A DNA stretch of 64,000 bases. Source: a virus (taxonomy: Duplodnaviria; Caudoviricetes). This document shows, piece after piece, positions 28,826-39,715 of this stretch (position 1 is the stretch's first letter; each line of letters opens with the position of its first letter). The translations under genes were made by a program, and so were the position numbers. A model generated the notes under the pieces. It was not told the DNA's origin, searched no databases, and worked only from the letters and a program-made list of their open reading frames with translations. The stretch is from positions 4,344 to 68,343 of IMG/VR virus record IMGVR_UViG_3300005985_000002; one strand, written 5' to 3'.

Positions 28826-29803
28826 ATGGCTTTCAGGACCGGAACCGCTGCGGATCATGCCGACCTTTATGCCGCGCTGATCGATTTCTTGACCGCCGAT
28901 GCCGCTCTCGTTTCGGCCGGCGAAGAGTGGAGCGTTGTGTGGACGGCCTCGGGCGGACAGCAAGATGGCGTCGTCCTGAAAGGGCCGGGACTTGCGGCAA
29001 GCGATTCGATCTACGTGTCTTTAAGGCTTGAAGCCAATGTCGGTACGGATACCGCGTTGATACGGTTGCACGGCATGACCGGCTACTTAAGCGCCGGGCT
29101 GTCCTTCATCGACCATGTCAATGTCTCGCCCAGCAGCGTGGTCATGTTCTTGCGGACGCAGGCGATGGACTACTGGTTCACCGCCAACGGCCGGCGCTTT
29201 ATCGCCTCCGCGCGGGTCTCAACCGTCTATGAGTCGATGTATGCCGGCTTCTTCCTGCCTTATTGCCTGCCGGACCAATATCCCTATCCGATGTTCGTCG
29301 GCGGCTGCGGCAGCTATGGCAAGAGCAACTCGGCCTCGTCCTGGAAGTCGACGGTCGACGATCACGCCTACTTCGCCCGCGGCACCGCCAATGGCAGCGC
29401 CAGCGGCCCTTCAGCCTGGATGCTGTCGCCGCAAGGGGACTGGCTCGGGGCCGCCGTCAACAGCAACGGCTCGATCAATATCGGCCCGAGTTATTTTGGC
29501 GGCAGCGCCAATTTTGTCATCGCCGCAGACGGCCAATTCAACGCCTGGGGTTACGCCACGGTCGAAAGCAGGATCGTGCAGGCTTACGGTCAGGAATGGG
29601 CGCTGCGGCCGATTACGCTGACGCAGTCTTCGCCGGGCGATCAGACCTTCGGGGCGCTCGATGGCGCTTACCATGTCGGCGGGCGGGGCCAGTCGGTTGA
29701 GAACGTCATCACGGTCGACGCTATCGATTACATCGTCATGCAGAACACGTTCCGCACCGCGACGCTCGAAATGTGGGCGATGCAATTAGGGGAGAGCACC
29801 TGA
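28826..29803 (+). CDS. virion structural (tail) protein
   Basis: Post-TMP position; YAGFFLPY...YPYPMFVGG. Confidence 0.7.
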   Translation: MAFRTGTAADHADLYAALIDFLTADAALVSAGEEWSVVWTASGGQQDGVVLKGPGLAASDSIYVSLRLEANVGTDTALIRLHGMTGYLSAGLSFIDHVNVSPSSVVMFLRTQAMDYWFTANGRRFIASARVSTVYESMYAGFFLPYCLPDQYPYPMFVGGCGSYGKSNSASSWKSTVDDHAYFARGTANGSASGPSAWMLSPQGDWLGAAVNSNGSINIGPSYFGGSANFVIAADGQFNAWGYATVESRIVQAYGQEWALRPITLTQSSPGDQTFGALDGAYHVGGRGQSVENVITVDAIDYIVMQNTFRTATLEMWAMQLGEST

Positions 29804-30768
29804 TGTATTCGACCAGCGCAATCACCGCCATCGGCCAGATTCCGGCTTTGCTCGCGACCTTCGCTGCAGCGGCCGGCTTTACCGTCAACACGTCAAATCC
29901 GGACGAGCCGATCATCACGGCCGTCAGCGGTGGCAAGGCTTTTCGGTTCCGGACCCTCATCGGCTCGGCGACGCAACACGACATGATCCTGGACGGCAAT
30001 GGCGATACCGACATCACGTCTGATGCTCGCGCTCGCTCGCCCATCCTCGCCGGCGTCAGCCAAGCCCCGACGCGCGTCAACTTGATCGGCGATCAGACGC
30101 CGCAGCCCTATCTCGGGATCGTGGTTGAATACGGGACCAACCTCTACCGCCATCTCTATCTCGGCAATATGCAGAAGGTCGGCAATTACACCGGCGGGGA
30201 AGTCATCTCGGCGATGACCGGGCCGGCGGCCACATCCGTGGGCGACATCGACTATCGCGAGCCCTCGCGCACCTTCTACATGTTCGGCGCCCGCTCTACG
30301 CTGTGGGGCAGCGCCAATGTCGGCGGCGTGCGCGTCGTCCACGCCGACAATTCGGTCCCTTGGCTCTTGTTCGACAGCCCCACGACGGGGTCCGCGATCA
30401 CGTCCGGCTGGGTCGCCGGCCGTGTATTTGGCGGCTTCGGCGACGGCGTCAATGACGGCTATCTCGCGCGCGGGCGTTCGCCCTTCGCTGGCGTTTCGAT
30501 TCTGACGCCGGTCAATCTGTTCAATCCGGTTCCGATCACGGGCGAAACGAGTTTCCGGCCGCTTGGACACCCCGCCGGAGTTCGCCTCATCAACATGCTC
30601 GACCATCCTCCTGGTTCATCCTTCGATATCGCCGGAGAGACCTGGCATGCCTATCCGGCTCTGTCGCGCAACCTCTCGACGTCAATGCCGCCCACCGCCG
30701 GATCGGGCGGACAATGGCGCACATCGGAGTCGAGCTACATGGTCGGCTACGCCTATCGGGAGGGTTGA
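29803..30768 (+). CDS. virion structural (tail) protein
   Basis: TGATG coupling; YRHLYLG motif. Confidence 0.7.
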   Translation: MYSTSAITAIGQIPALLATFAAAAGFTVNTSNPDEPIITAVSGGKAFRFRTLIGSATQHDMILDGNGDTDITSDARARSPILAGVSQAPTRVNLIGDQTPQPYLGIVVEYGTNLYRHLYLGNMQKVGNYTGGEVISAMTGPAATSVGDIDYREPSRTFYMFGARSTLWGSANVGGVRVVHADNSVPWLLFDSPTTGSAITSGWVAGRVFGGFGDGVNDGYLARGRSPFAGVSILTPVNLFNPVPITGETSFRPLGHPAGVRLINMLDHPPGSSFDIAGETWHAYPALSRNLSTSMPPTAGSGGQWRTSESSYMVGYAYREG

Positions 30769-32481
30769 GTGGGCTGGCTTTTGTCCTTGCTTGACGTGGC
30801 GGAGACACCGGACGTCTCTGCGAGTTTTGCCGCGCCCAGTCTGCCGGCCGGCGTCTATGGCGGCTATCTCGTGGCGGGCCTGGGCGCCGGCGGCTATGTC
30901 TACGTCTTCCGTTCCGAGACGCTGTTCAGCGTCGGCAATGGCTGGCGGCTTGGCTCGTTCTTGAGCGATTGGTATTTCCGCATCCACTTCTTTCCTTCGG
31001 TTCTGAATTTCGGCTCCTTCTCGCAAGCGATTAATGGCAGCGTCTTCGTGTGGAACGCCTATCTGGGTCCGGTGACGCTCAACACGGTCACAGCGGGCGC
31101 TGGCGATCAGGGCGTCACTTATAATGCGCCCGCCCTGCCGGCTGCGTTCTCGGCGCTGCAAATGCGCTCGGCGAGCTTCAACGCCACATTCGAAGGGCCA
31201 TTCAGCATCATCGAGAGCTTCGACTTCGCATTCTCCAACGGCGATGTTGCAACTCTCGGCGTGGTCGGCGTGCGCATCACGCCGCCCGAGGCGGTCGCCT
31301 TCGCCTTCCTCCCCGACTGGAAGAGCAAGGTCGTAATCAGCCAGGAGTGGAAGACCCAGATCACCCTGTCGCGCAATGGCCGCGAGCAGCGCAGCGCGCT
31401 TCGCGCCGCGCCGCGCAAGACGATCAATTTCGTCACCCACATCAAGCCCGCGGACCAGGCCCAGTTCAAGCGCGCCATCGCGCGCGGATCGCAAGCAACC
31501 TTCATCGTGCCCGAACTGCCGCGGCGCGTAACCTTGGTGAGCGCCGAGACGGATGGCGTGACCATCGTCACAGACGCCACGCCTTATTGGGCGCAGCCGG
31601 AATCCTGGCTGGTGATGCGCTTGGGTCCGCGGGTCAGCGCCCGCAAGGTGAGGTCGGTTTCGACCTCCGGCATCGAGTTCTATAGCGACGACGGATACAT
31701 ATGGGCGCCCGGCGCCCTCATCCATCCCGGCCTCATCTGCGAGCGCCCGGATGAGCTGCAGGCGCAGTTGCTCACCAACACCAAGGCGGTGATCCAGTTG
31801 CAGCTCGACGTGGTGCCGGGCTCGGAGCCCATCGAAGATTATGGCGTCGATGACACGGTGTTTGACGGCCGCGAAGTCCTGCTGCTGCGCTCGAACTGGG
31901 CGGACGGCAAGCCGCGCGTGCTTCAGCGCTTGAGCGAGGTTGTCGATCCCGGTTTTGGCGTACGCTCGCGCTTCTATCCCATCCCGCATCTTACCGACCT
32001 CACCACCCATGCGTTTGTCGGCAAGAACCTGGCCGAGGCCGAGAAGATCAAAAGCTTCTTCCATCGTCGGCGCGGCCGGCAGGGCGAGTTCTACATCCCG
32101 ACCTGGGAGCACGATCTGACGCCTGATGCGCCTTTGGCGTCCGGCGAGGCCGAGTTCCGCACCGCAGGCCAAGACGACGCGCTCGCCTATGGTCTTGATC
32201 TGGTCCGCCGGGCGGTGATGGTGAAGCTTAATTCGGGCGCGGTCTATTACCGGGTGGTGTCGAGCATCGAGCCGGGCGAGGACTCAGGCGGTCTGTTCTC
32301 GCTCTTCACCGTGATCGGGACCTGGCCCTCCACGATTCAGCCCGAGGAGATCGAGCGCGTCTCCTGGCTCAATCTCGCGCGCTTCGCGTCCGACCTGATC
32401 CAGATGGAATGGCCGACGGATCAGGTCGCGCAGACCCAGCTCGCCGTCCAGACCCTCGAACGCCTTCCCGCGGAGACTTGA
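30769..32481 (+). CDS. virion structural / distal tail protein
   Basis: PDWKSKV..EWKT..LSRNGREQRSALR; FFHRRRGRQGEFYIPTW. Confidence 0.7.
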   Translation: MGWLLSLLDVAETPDVSASFAAPSLPAGVYGGYLVAGLGAGGYVYVFRSETLFSVGNGWRLGSFLSDWYFRIHFFPSVLNFGSFSQAINGSVFVWNAYLGPVTLNTVTAGAGDQGVTYNAPALPAAFSALQMRSASFNATFEGPFSIIESFDFAFSNGDVATLGVVGVRITPPEAVAFAFLPDWKSKVVISQEWKTQITLSRNGREQRSALRAAPRKTINFVTHIKPADQAQFKRAIARGSQATFIVPELPRRVTLVSAETDGVTIVTDATPYWAQPESWLVMRLGPRVSARKVRSVSTSGIEFYSDDGYIWAPGALIHPGLICERPDELQAQLLTNTKAVIQLQLDVVPGSEPIEDYGVDDTVFDGREVLLLRSNWADGKPRVLQRLSEVVDPGFGVRSRFYPIPHLTDLTTHAFVGKNLAEAEKIKSFFHRRRGRQGEFYIPTWEHDLTPDAPLASGEAEFRTAGQDDALAYGLDLVRRAVMVKLNSGAVYYRVVSSIEPGEDSGGLFSLFTVIGTWPSTIQPEEIERVSWLNLARFASDLIQMEWPTDQVAQTQLAVQTLERLPAET

Positions 32482-32482
32482 G

Positions 32483-33346
32483 ATGAGTTTTGCAGCCTTG
32501 GAAGAAAGCCGCCAGCAGGCGACGCCGGCCAATCTCTTCTACTTCAAATGGGGGGTGGCGACCGAAGCGTTCTATGCATTCACCAACGCCGACCGCTCGA
32601 TCACTTATGCCGGCGTCACTTATACCCCGGCGCCCATTTCGACCGAGGATTTCCAAGCCTCCGGCACGCTCGACAAGCAGTCTCTGTCGCTGGAGCTGCC
32701 GCGTGACAACCCCATCGCCGTGCTGCTGCGTGGCTTTCCGCCCTCGGCCACCGTCGCCCTCACCATCCGCCAGGGCCATGTCGCCGATCCGGATGTCGAC
32801 TGGCCGATTGTCTGGATCGGCCGGCTCCTGGGAACGTCCTTGGAGGGAAGCGTCTGCAAATTGGGCTGCGAGCCGATTACGACGTCGCTGAAGCGCGTCG
32901 GCTTGCGCCGGCTATGGCTGCGCCAATGCGGGGTCCAACTCTACGGGCCGCAATGCCAGGCCAGCCTGGCGGCGGCCTCGTCCAACCATATTCCCGACAG
33001 CTTCACGACCGACACCGTGACCTTGCCAAACGGCTGGACCTCGCCGGAGAATGCGCTGAACTATCGCGGCGGGGTGTGCAAATGGTCGGGCGCCGGCGGG
33101 GAGGAGGCGCGCACTATCATCAACGTGACCGGCGACAGGGTGCTTTTGCTTAACGGGCCGACCACGGGCCTTTCCGGCGGTGAAGCCGTCACGGTCGCCC
33201 TGGGCTGCTCGCACGTTCTCACCTTGAGCGAAGGCCAGCTCACCGGCGATTGCAAGACGCTGCACAACAACATCAACAATTTCGACGGCGCGCCCTGGAT
33301 TCCGACCGAGAACCCCGTCGGGCTCTCAAACAACCTCTTCTATTGA
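32483..33346 (+). CDS. DUF2163/BR0599-type tail protein (gpL-like, Cys motif)
   Basis: CGVQLYGPQC, GCSH...C..LHNNINNFDGAPWIP. Confidence 0.8.
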   Translation: MSFAALEESRQQATPANLFYFKWGVATEAFYAFTNADRSITYAGVTYTPAPISTEDFQASGTLDKQSLSLELPRDNPIAVLLRGFPPSATVALTIRQGHVADPDVDWPIVWIGRLLGTSLEGSVCKLGCEPITTSLKRVGLRRLWLRQCGVQLYGPQCQASLAAASSNHIPDSFTTDTVTLPNGWTSPENALNYRGGVCKWSGAGGEEARTIINVTGDRVLLLNGPTTGLSGGEAVTVALGCSHVLTLSEGQLTGDCKTLHNNINNFDGAPWIPTENPVGLSNNLFY

Positions 33347-33421
33347 ACGTCCGCTTAATAGTGACACCTGGCGCAAGACTTGTAAGCTTATCCGCAACAA
33401 CTGCCGAAGCGAGACAGAACG

Positions 33422-33643
33422 ATGCCGACCTGGCTGGTGCAAGCACTTTGGGCCTTGGCCTTCGCGGTCGCCGGATACCTTCTTACTCCCAAGCCCAAGC
33501 CCGAGGGGCCGGCCGAGCTGGAAGCCCCGGAGCCCAAATCCGGCGAACCGGTCGCCGTCGTCTTCGGAACGCGCTCCATCGGCAATCTCAACATCCTCTG
33601 GTTCGGCGAGAAGTCGATGCGGACCTACAAGGTGAAGACGTGA
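33422..33643 (+). CDS. small tail assembly protein
   Basis: Hydrophobic N-terminus; GEPVAVVFGT...NILWFG. Confidence 0.7.
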   Translation: MPTWLVQALWALAFAVAGYLLTPKPKPEGPAELEAPEPKSGEPVAVVFGTRSIGNLNILWFGEKSMRTYKVKT

Positions 33644-33843
33644 CCCGCGAGCCGGTTGTCCGCATCGGAGACATCCAGAATGCAGGCTTCTGCGTTCGCG
33701 GCGCCCGTGCATGGTTCAAGGCTCGCAATCTCGACTTCAAGCGCTTCGTGCGCCACGGCATGCCGCTGGACGAGTTCGCTAAGATCGACTGCGAATATGT
33801 GCGTCGTGTGCTCGCGCGGCGCGCCAAGCAGGGGCGCGTCTGA
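33640..33843 (+). CDS. small tail assembly protein
   Basis: GTGA overlap; GFCVRGARAWFKARNLDF. Confidence 0.7.
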   Translation: MTREPVVRIGDIQNAGFCVRGARAWFKARNLDFKRFVRHGMPLDEFAKIDCEYVRRVLARRAKQGRV

Positions 33844-36230
33844 TGGGCAAGAGCCAGAAACAGGAGGTCACGGAGTACCGGCTGTCGATGCACATGGGCG
33901 TCTGCTACGGCCCGGTCGACGCCGTGACGCGGTTGAAGATCGGCGGCAAAACGGTCTTCCAGGGCCGCACGCAGGGCATTCAGACCATCGACGTCTACCA
34001 GCCCGAATTGTTCGGCGGGCCGACCAAGGAAGGCGGCGCGGACGGCTGTGTCTACATTCTGCCCGGCGAGCAAAGCCAGGTCTTGCCCGATCCGCTGGCG
34101 GCGCGCCTGGTCGCCGGAGCAACCGGCGCGGACCTTCCTGCTTTCCGGCGCAAATGCACCGTCTTCTTCGTCGGCGCCAAGGATTTGCAGGGTTCGACAT
34201 CCGAGGTTGGGGAATCGCAGATTACCGGGACACTTTTCTATCGTCAGTATTACTTGTCTTTGCTGTCCACCCGGCCGCGTGCGCTTGCCTCGCAAGCGGC
34301 TTTCGCCTGGAGCCACAACAACCCGTACCTCAAGCCGGTTGAAGTCCAGGTCGAGCGCATCCCGAAAGTCCTGTCGCCGACCTACGCCAAGATCGAGAAC
34401 GCCAACGATCCCGACGCCATCGTCTATGACGCCAACCCTGCGCATATCATTTATGAATGCCTCACCGACAAGGATTGGGGCATGGGGGCGAGCCCGCTCC
34501 TGTTTGACGCCGCAAGCTTCGAGGCTGCCGCCGCCACGCTGTTCAACGAGGGCTTCGGCCTGTCGTTCGAATGGACCCGGCAGAGCACGATCAAGGCCTT
34601 CATCGACCAGGTGATCGACCACATCCAGGCCGTGCTCTTCCTTCACCCGCAAACCGGCCTGTGGACGCTAAAGCTCCTGCGCGATGATTACGACGCGGAC
34701 GCTTTGCCCTCGTTCGATGAGTCCAATTCCAGGATCGAATCCTATTCCGAGCGCCTGATCGGCGAGACCATCAACGAGCTGACCGTCAAATACACCGACT
34801 TCGTCAACGAAAAGAATGACGGCGTCACCATCCAGGACTTGGGCAACATCATCGCCCAGGGCGATGTGGTCAGCGACACACGGGAATATCCCGGGATCAC
34901 CAAGCGCGACCTCGCCGCGAGTGTATGCGCGCGCGATCTGAGGAGCGCCTCGGCGCCGTTGAAGTCAGCGACGGTCATGCTGAACCGCTCGGGCTGGGAC
35001 ATCGTTCCCGGCGCCGTGATCAAGCTATCCTCTGTCGAGCACGGGTTCAGCAACGTCATCTTTCGCGTGCTCGACATCAATTACGGCTCGGTCGGCAATC
35101 GCGAGATCAGGGTCAATCTGATCGAGGACGTTTTCGCGCTCAACTACTCGGCCTATGTCGAAGCCCCGCCGACGCTCTGGCAGTCCTCCAGCCTCTACCC
35201 GGAGGACATGACCTATGTCGACTTCCTGACGGCGCCTGCATATTTTACGCCCCGCGTTCAATCTGCGAGCTTGGAAGAGCCGGACGCGGTTGTGATCGTG
35301 CTGGCGAGCCAGCTTGGCGTCGACACGTTCAGCTACGATCTGCGCACCGAAGTGACGCTGGACAATGGCGAGGTCGAGTATCTCGGCAACGGCAGCCTGT
35401 CGACGATTAAGCGGGGCGTTCTTGCAGCTCCTCTTTCCGCCGAGGCTGAGACCATCGAGTTCCAATTCCCGGCGATGACAACCGGCGCCCTGATCCAGGA
35501 AAACGGATTTGTCGTCATCGGCGGGGACGAGGCGACGCAGGAGATCGCTTTCCTGGCGGCGGCCGACGACACCCTCACCAAGTGGACCTTGAAGCGCGGC
35601 GTGCTTGACACGACGCCCAAGGCCTGGCCGGCGCTGACGCCGATCTGGGCGTTCGATCTTGATGTGCCGATCGACGATCCCGATATTCGCGCCGCCAGCG
35701 CGCAGCCCAAATACAAGCTCTTGAGCAAGACCTCGCTTGGGACGCTGACGCCGGCCGCGGCGACGACCCATGCCTACACCGTGCTCGACCGCCCCTATCG
35801 GCCGATCCGCCCGGCCGATGCAAGGATCAACGGCCAGGCCTTCGGCGAGTTCGACGGCCGCGGGGTGGCGACCATCACCGCGACCTGGGCGACCCGCAAC
35901 CGTCTCCTCGAAGACCAGCAGGTTCTTGCCTGGACCGACGCGGCGATCACGCCGGAAGCCGGACAGACGACGACGATTGAGCTGCGCAAGCCGGACGGCG
36001 CGCTGGTGACGCGCATCACCGGCCTCACGGGCGCAAGCTACACCTTCGATCAGGTCTACGACTTCCAGGGCTTCGCCTTCCTGGATGCAGTCTTTTTGGC
36101 GACGCTGGACGGCGTCGACAGTTTCCAGGGGCACGCCATTCGCATCCGCACCGATGGACTGGTGTCGACCGGCGGCGGCGCGCCGCAGGGCTTCGGCTAC
36201 GGGTTCGGCCTCGATTACGGCGGCACATAG
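33843..36230 (+). CDS. tail tip / central fibre protein (gpJ-like)
   Basis: YDANPAHIIYECLTDKDWGMG, LKLLRDDY, WATRNRL. Confidence 0.85.
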   Translation: MGKSQKQEVTEYRLSMHMGVCYGPVDAVTRLKIGGKTVFQGRTQGIQTIDVYQPELFGGPTKEGGADGCVYILPGEQSQVLPDPLAARLVAGATGADLPAFRRKCTVFFVGAKDLQGSTSEVGESQITGTLFYRQYYLSLLSTRPRALASQAAFAWSHNNPYLKPVEVQVERIPKVLSPTYAKIENANDPDAIVYDANPAHIIYECLTDKDWGMGASPLLFDAASFEAAAATLFNEGFGLSFEWTRQSTIKAFIDQVIDHIQAVLFLHPQTGLWTLKLLRDDYDADALPSFDESNSRIESYSERLIGETINELTVKYTDFVNEKNDGVTIQDLGNIIAQGDVVSDTREYPGITKRDLAASVCARDLRSASAPLKSATVMLNRSGWDIVPGAVIKLSSVEHGFSNVIFRVLDINYGSVGNREIRVNLIEDVFALNYSAYVEAPPTLWQSSSLYPEDMTYVDFLTAPAYFTPRVQSASLEEPDAVVIVLASQLGVDTFSYDLRTEVTLDNGEVEYLGNGSLSTIKRGVLAAPLSAEAETIEFQFPAMTTGALIQENGFVVIGGDEATQEIAFLAAADDTLTKWTLKRGVLDTTPKAWPALTPIWAFDLDVPIDDPDIRAASAQPKYKLLSKTSLGTLTPAAATTHAYTVLDRPYRPIRPADARINGQAFGEFDGRGVATITATWATRNRLLEDQQVLAWTDAAITPEAGQTTTIELRKPDGALVTRITGLTGASYTFDQVYDFQGFAFLDAVFLATLDGVDSFQGHAIRIRTDGLVSTGGGAPQGFGYGFGLDYGGT

Positions 36231-36239
36231 GAGGACTAG

Positions 36240-37145
36240 ATGTCAGGCGAACGCACACTGCCGGGCCTTGGCCTGGTCGCATTCCGGAATGTCGGGGATG
36301 ATGGCTGGGAGAGCGAGTTCAACGAGAACGCGCGCAAATGCTCCGCCCTGGTTCAGGGCCGCGCGATCTCGCGCGTCACGGCCTTGCCCGGCTCGCCGTC
36401 CAATGGCGACATCTATATCGTGCCCTCCGGCGCCGGCGCCAATCCCAACCAGATCGCCGTGCGGGACAATGGCGCTTGGGTCTATTATGCTCCGGGTCAG
36501 GGTTGGTTGATCTTCGTGGCCGACGAAAACCAGTATCGCTACTGGTCCGGCTCTTCCTGGCTGCCGTTCGCAGGATCGCTGCCGACCGCTGCTCAGGTTG
36601 TCTTCACCGGCTGGACCGGCATTGCGAACGCCGAGGACGCGCTGCTCGATCTCGACGACCGGCTGAGTACGGCCGAAGCAACGCTTGTCTCGCACGGCTC
36701 ACGCCTCACCGCCGCAGAAAGCGACATCGACGCCCTGGAAGCCGAAGCGGCGGATCACGAGACGCGGCTGGCCAGCGTTGAAGCAGAGGCGTTCGAATAC
36801 CGCATCGGCGCGGCGATACTCGGCTCCACCTTGGGCGCGAGCGAGCGCTTCTTCATGCATGTGTTCGACGGCGCGGTGAATTTCGCATCCGGCCTCACCG
36901 ATATCCGTCAGATGATCGAGACCCAGTCTACCAGCGCCTACGATATCACGGTCAAGAAGCGCACGGCTGCGGGTTCGACCTCGACGGTGGGCACGTTGTC
37001 GACCAATGCATCATCGGCATTCACGGGCGGGTTCTCCGGCGCAACGAGCTTCGCCAATGGCGACGCTCTGATCCTCGAAGGCCAGGCGACGCCTGACGCC
37101 ACGCTCAAGAATGTTTCTCTTACCTTTGTCGGAACGAGGCCCTAA
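36240..37145 (+). CDS. DUF2793-containing tail fibre/adaptor with coiled coil
   Basis: PGSPSNGDIYIVP...GAWVYYAPGQGW; heptad repeats RLSTAEATLVSHGSRLTAAESDI. Confidence 0.75.
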   Translation: MSGERTLPGLGLVAFRNVGDDGWESEFNENARKCSALVQGRAISRVTALPGSPSNGDIYIVPSGAGANPNQIAVRDNGAWVYYAPGQGWLIFVADENQYRYWSGSSWLPFAGSLPTAAQVVFTGWTGIANAEDALLDLDDRLSTAEATLVSHGSRLTAAESDIDALEAEAADHETRLASVEAEAFEYRIGAAILGSTLGASERFFMHVFDGAVNFASGLTDIRQMIETQSTSAYDITVKKRTAAGSTSTVGTLSTNASSAFTGGFSGATSFANGDALILEGQATPDATLKNVSLTFVGTRP

Positions 37146-37147
37146 CC

Positions 37148-39715
37148 ATGGCTACCAAGATCGCAAAAGCCACCGGAAACCTTACCGATGCGACCGGGAC
37201 ATGGGGCGTTGCCGATTCAACCTCGCTGCTGTTCAACGTCGGGTCCGCCCTGGCTACGACGGCGACCACGACATCTTTCGTCGCATCGCAAACCTCGACG
37301 CCCGGCGCCATTACCATCGACGGCATTGCGATCCGCATCGCCAGCCGCTCAAGCTCGCCCAACGGGACGTTTTCGGTCGATCTCTTCAACTCGACGGACA
37401 GCGCCCAAGTCGCCGGCACTCAGGTCGATGTGAATGTGAGCGATCTGCCGGCCGAGAACACGATCAACAATTATGGAATCGGCTGGCTGTTCTTCAAATT
37501 CGCTTCGCCCATAACGCTCACCGCAGGCAAAGCCTACTCCGTCCGGGTCAAGTCTTCGGTGTCCTCACAGGTCACGGTTTACCGCAACGGCACGGCGGGC
37601 AATTGGCTGCGCGCGCTGCGCACAACGACTGAAGCCGCGCCCGCTGCCGGCGACACCCTGGTGATCTCAAAACAATATACCGGCGCCGGCGCATCGACCG
37701 CCGTCACCATCACCATGGACTCCACATCGAGCACTGATTATGGCGATGCTTCCACCAGCACCAATGACGGCTCGCTCTTCATCGCCGATGGCTGCACGTT
37801 CAAATGCGGCACGTCGGCGAGCACGAATTACGTGTTCCGGATTTCCGGCAATGTGTGGATCGGCCGCGGCGCAACCTTCAGCTATGGCAGTTCAGGCGAT
37901 CCCGTTCCCCGCTCGTCCACCGCCGTGTTCGAGTTTGATCTCGGCGCCTCCGGGGATTTTCGCTTCCGGATTGCGCCGGGTTCGACATTCAACACGGAGG
38001 GCCAATCCCGGAGCAGCGGGAAGAACATCGTTCAGACCAAGCTCACTGCGAACATGTCGGCCGCCGGCACGTCGCTGTCGGTTGCGGACGATACGGGCTG
38101 GCTCAGCGGCGATATCATCATGATCGCCGCGACCGGAATCACATTCACCCAAACCGAACAAAAGATTCTCAACGGAGACGCCAGCTCAAGCAGCATGTCG
38201 ATCACAGTCGGCGTCACCAACGCCCATAACGGGACTTCGCCCAATCAGGCCGAAGTGGGTCTCATCACCCGCAACGTTCAGTTCCGGTCGACCAACGTCG
38301 CGCGGCTCTGGGGCTTCGATCTTCCGGGCGATGCGACCATCAGTTCAAAATGGACGCGCTATACCTCTCTTGGCGACAACCTTGTGCGCGGATTCGAGTT
38401 TGGCGGCAGCGCCGCGACAGCGGCCAAGGTCTGGGATTTCTGTTCTTTCGATGCTTTCGTTTTTGCCATCTTATTGAGTACGACATTTAGCAACCACGAT
38501 AATTATGAGATCACGAATTGCATCGCCTACGCAGCGTCCGGCGTGAACACCTGTCTTCTCGTGCGCAACGCGCTCGACCCACCAACCAATATCAAGATCA
38601 ACAACAACCTGCTGTTCGGCAACACTAGCACCTCGTCTATCGGGGTCTCTTTCGAAGGAAAGGCGACACAGTGCAACAACAACACTTGCGTAGGCTTCGG
38701 GTATGGCCTGCGCTTCGGCGTCAACACTTGGGGCTCATCCGATTATCTTACAATGACCGGCAATGTTGTTCATTCCAACTACCGCACCGGCTTCCATTTC
38801 AGCGGGGGCCGCAATCGCGGCCTGAAGCTTTCGGGAGGCGCGGCTTACCGGAATGGAGACGTCAGCACCAGCAGTCTTGCTGCGTCGAACATCTATTTCG
38901 AAAGTCAGCCGAACCAAGTCTGGCTGCACAATATCGACATCTGGGACGGCAATGTCGCGAACATCTCGATCTTCAACGAATCATATGCAGCCGATGTCCT
39001 GATCGATAGCTGCAATCTGGAGCGGGTCTCCGGCGCCAATATGCTCTACAACATCGCCTTCAATGACCCGCTGATCGAGACCGGCATTCGCCTGGTGAAG
39101 TGCAACATGGACGGCTCCAGCGGCATCGCGAGCCGCACGGCGCCCTCCACAAACCATTTTGGCTCCGGCTCCGGCGCCACCAATCATGGCCTCCTGCAGG
39201 TGGCGCTTGACTATTGCAAGACCGGATCGCTTGCTCTGGCGCACGCCAACACGCTGGCCTATCTCGGCAACAGCTCCTATATTCGCTCCTCGCACGACAA
39301 CTCCACGGCCGTACACCGCACCATCTCGCGCTATGGCACGGCGCAGAGGAACACGTCGGTCTACAACACCGCCTCTCCGTCGCAGGAACTCATGCCCGCA
39401 TCAGCATCGCTGAAGCTCGAAGGCTCGGTGGCTCAACTTCCCGTCGACAGCGGGGAGGCGATCAATGTCCAGGTCGCGGTGCGCAAGACCAGCTCCTACA
39501 ACGGCAATGCGCCGCGGCTCATCCTGCGCCGCAACGATGCGCTCGGCGTCAGCAGCGACACAGTGCTCGATACGATGAGCGTCGGGGCGGACACCTGGGA
39601 GGTTTTGACGGGAACGACGCCGACTGCATCCGCCGACGGCGTCTTTGAAGTGTTCGTAGACTGCGATGGAACCGCCGGCTCGATTTATCTCGACGACATG
39701 GCGAGGACGGCATGA
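37148..39715 (+). CDS. putative receptor-binding protein / tailspike (G8-like + beta-helix)
   Basis: AEVGLITRNVQFRS motif; Asn/Ser/Thr-rich repeats (INNNLLFGN, CNNNTCVG). Confidence 0.7.
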   Translation: MATKIAKATGNLTDATGTWGVADSTSLLFNVGSALATTATTTSFVASQTSTPGAITIDGIAIRIASRSSSPNGTFSVDLFNSTDSAQVAGTQVDVNVSDLPAENTINNYGIGWLFFKFASPITLTAGKAYSVRVKSSVSSQVTVYRNGTAGNWLRALRTTTEAAPAAGDTLVISKQYTGAGASTAVTITMDSTSSTDYGDASTSTNDGSLFIADGCTFKCGTSASTNYVFRISGNVWIGRGATFSYGSSGDPVPRSSTAVFEFDLGASGDFRFRIAPGSTFNTEGQSRSSGKNIVQTKLTANMSAAGTSLSVADDTGWLSGDIIMIAATGITFTQTEQKILNGDASSSSMSITVGVTNAHNGTSPNQAEVGLITRNVQFRSTNVARLWGFDLPGDATISSKWTRYTSLGDNLVRGFEFGGSAATAAKVWDFCSFDAFVFAILLSTTFSNHDNYEITNCIAYAASGVNTCLLVRNALDPPTNIKINNNLLFGNTSTSSIGVSFEGKATQCNNNTCVGFGYGLRFGVNTWGSSDYLTMTGNVVHSNYRTGFHFSGGRNRGLKLSGGAAYRNGDVSTSSLAASNIYFESQPNQVWLHNIDIWDGNVANISIFNESYAADVLIDSCNLERVSGANMLYNIAFNDPLIETGIRLVKCNMDGSSGIASRTAPSTNHFGSGSGATNHGLLQVALDYCKTGSLALAHANTLAYLGNSSYIRSSHDNSTAVHRTISRYGTAQRNTSVYNTASPSQELMPASASLKLEGSVAQLPVDSGEAINVQVAVRKTSSYNGNAPRLILRRNDALGVSSDTVLDTMSVGADTWEVLTGTTPTASADGVFEVFVDCDGTAGSIYLDDMARTA

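Noticed and set aside
680-36134. Long antisense ORFs (e.g. 680..1882, 19242..20771, 26690..28963, 30682..32172)
   Set aside because: Shadow ORFs of high-GC coding genes on the opposite strand; no motifs.
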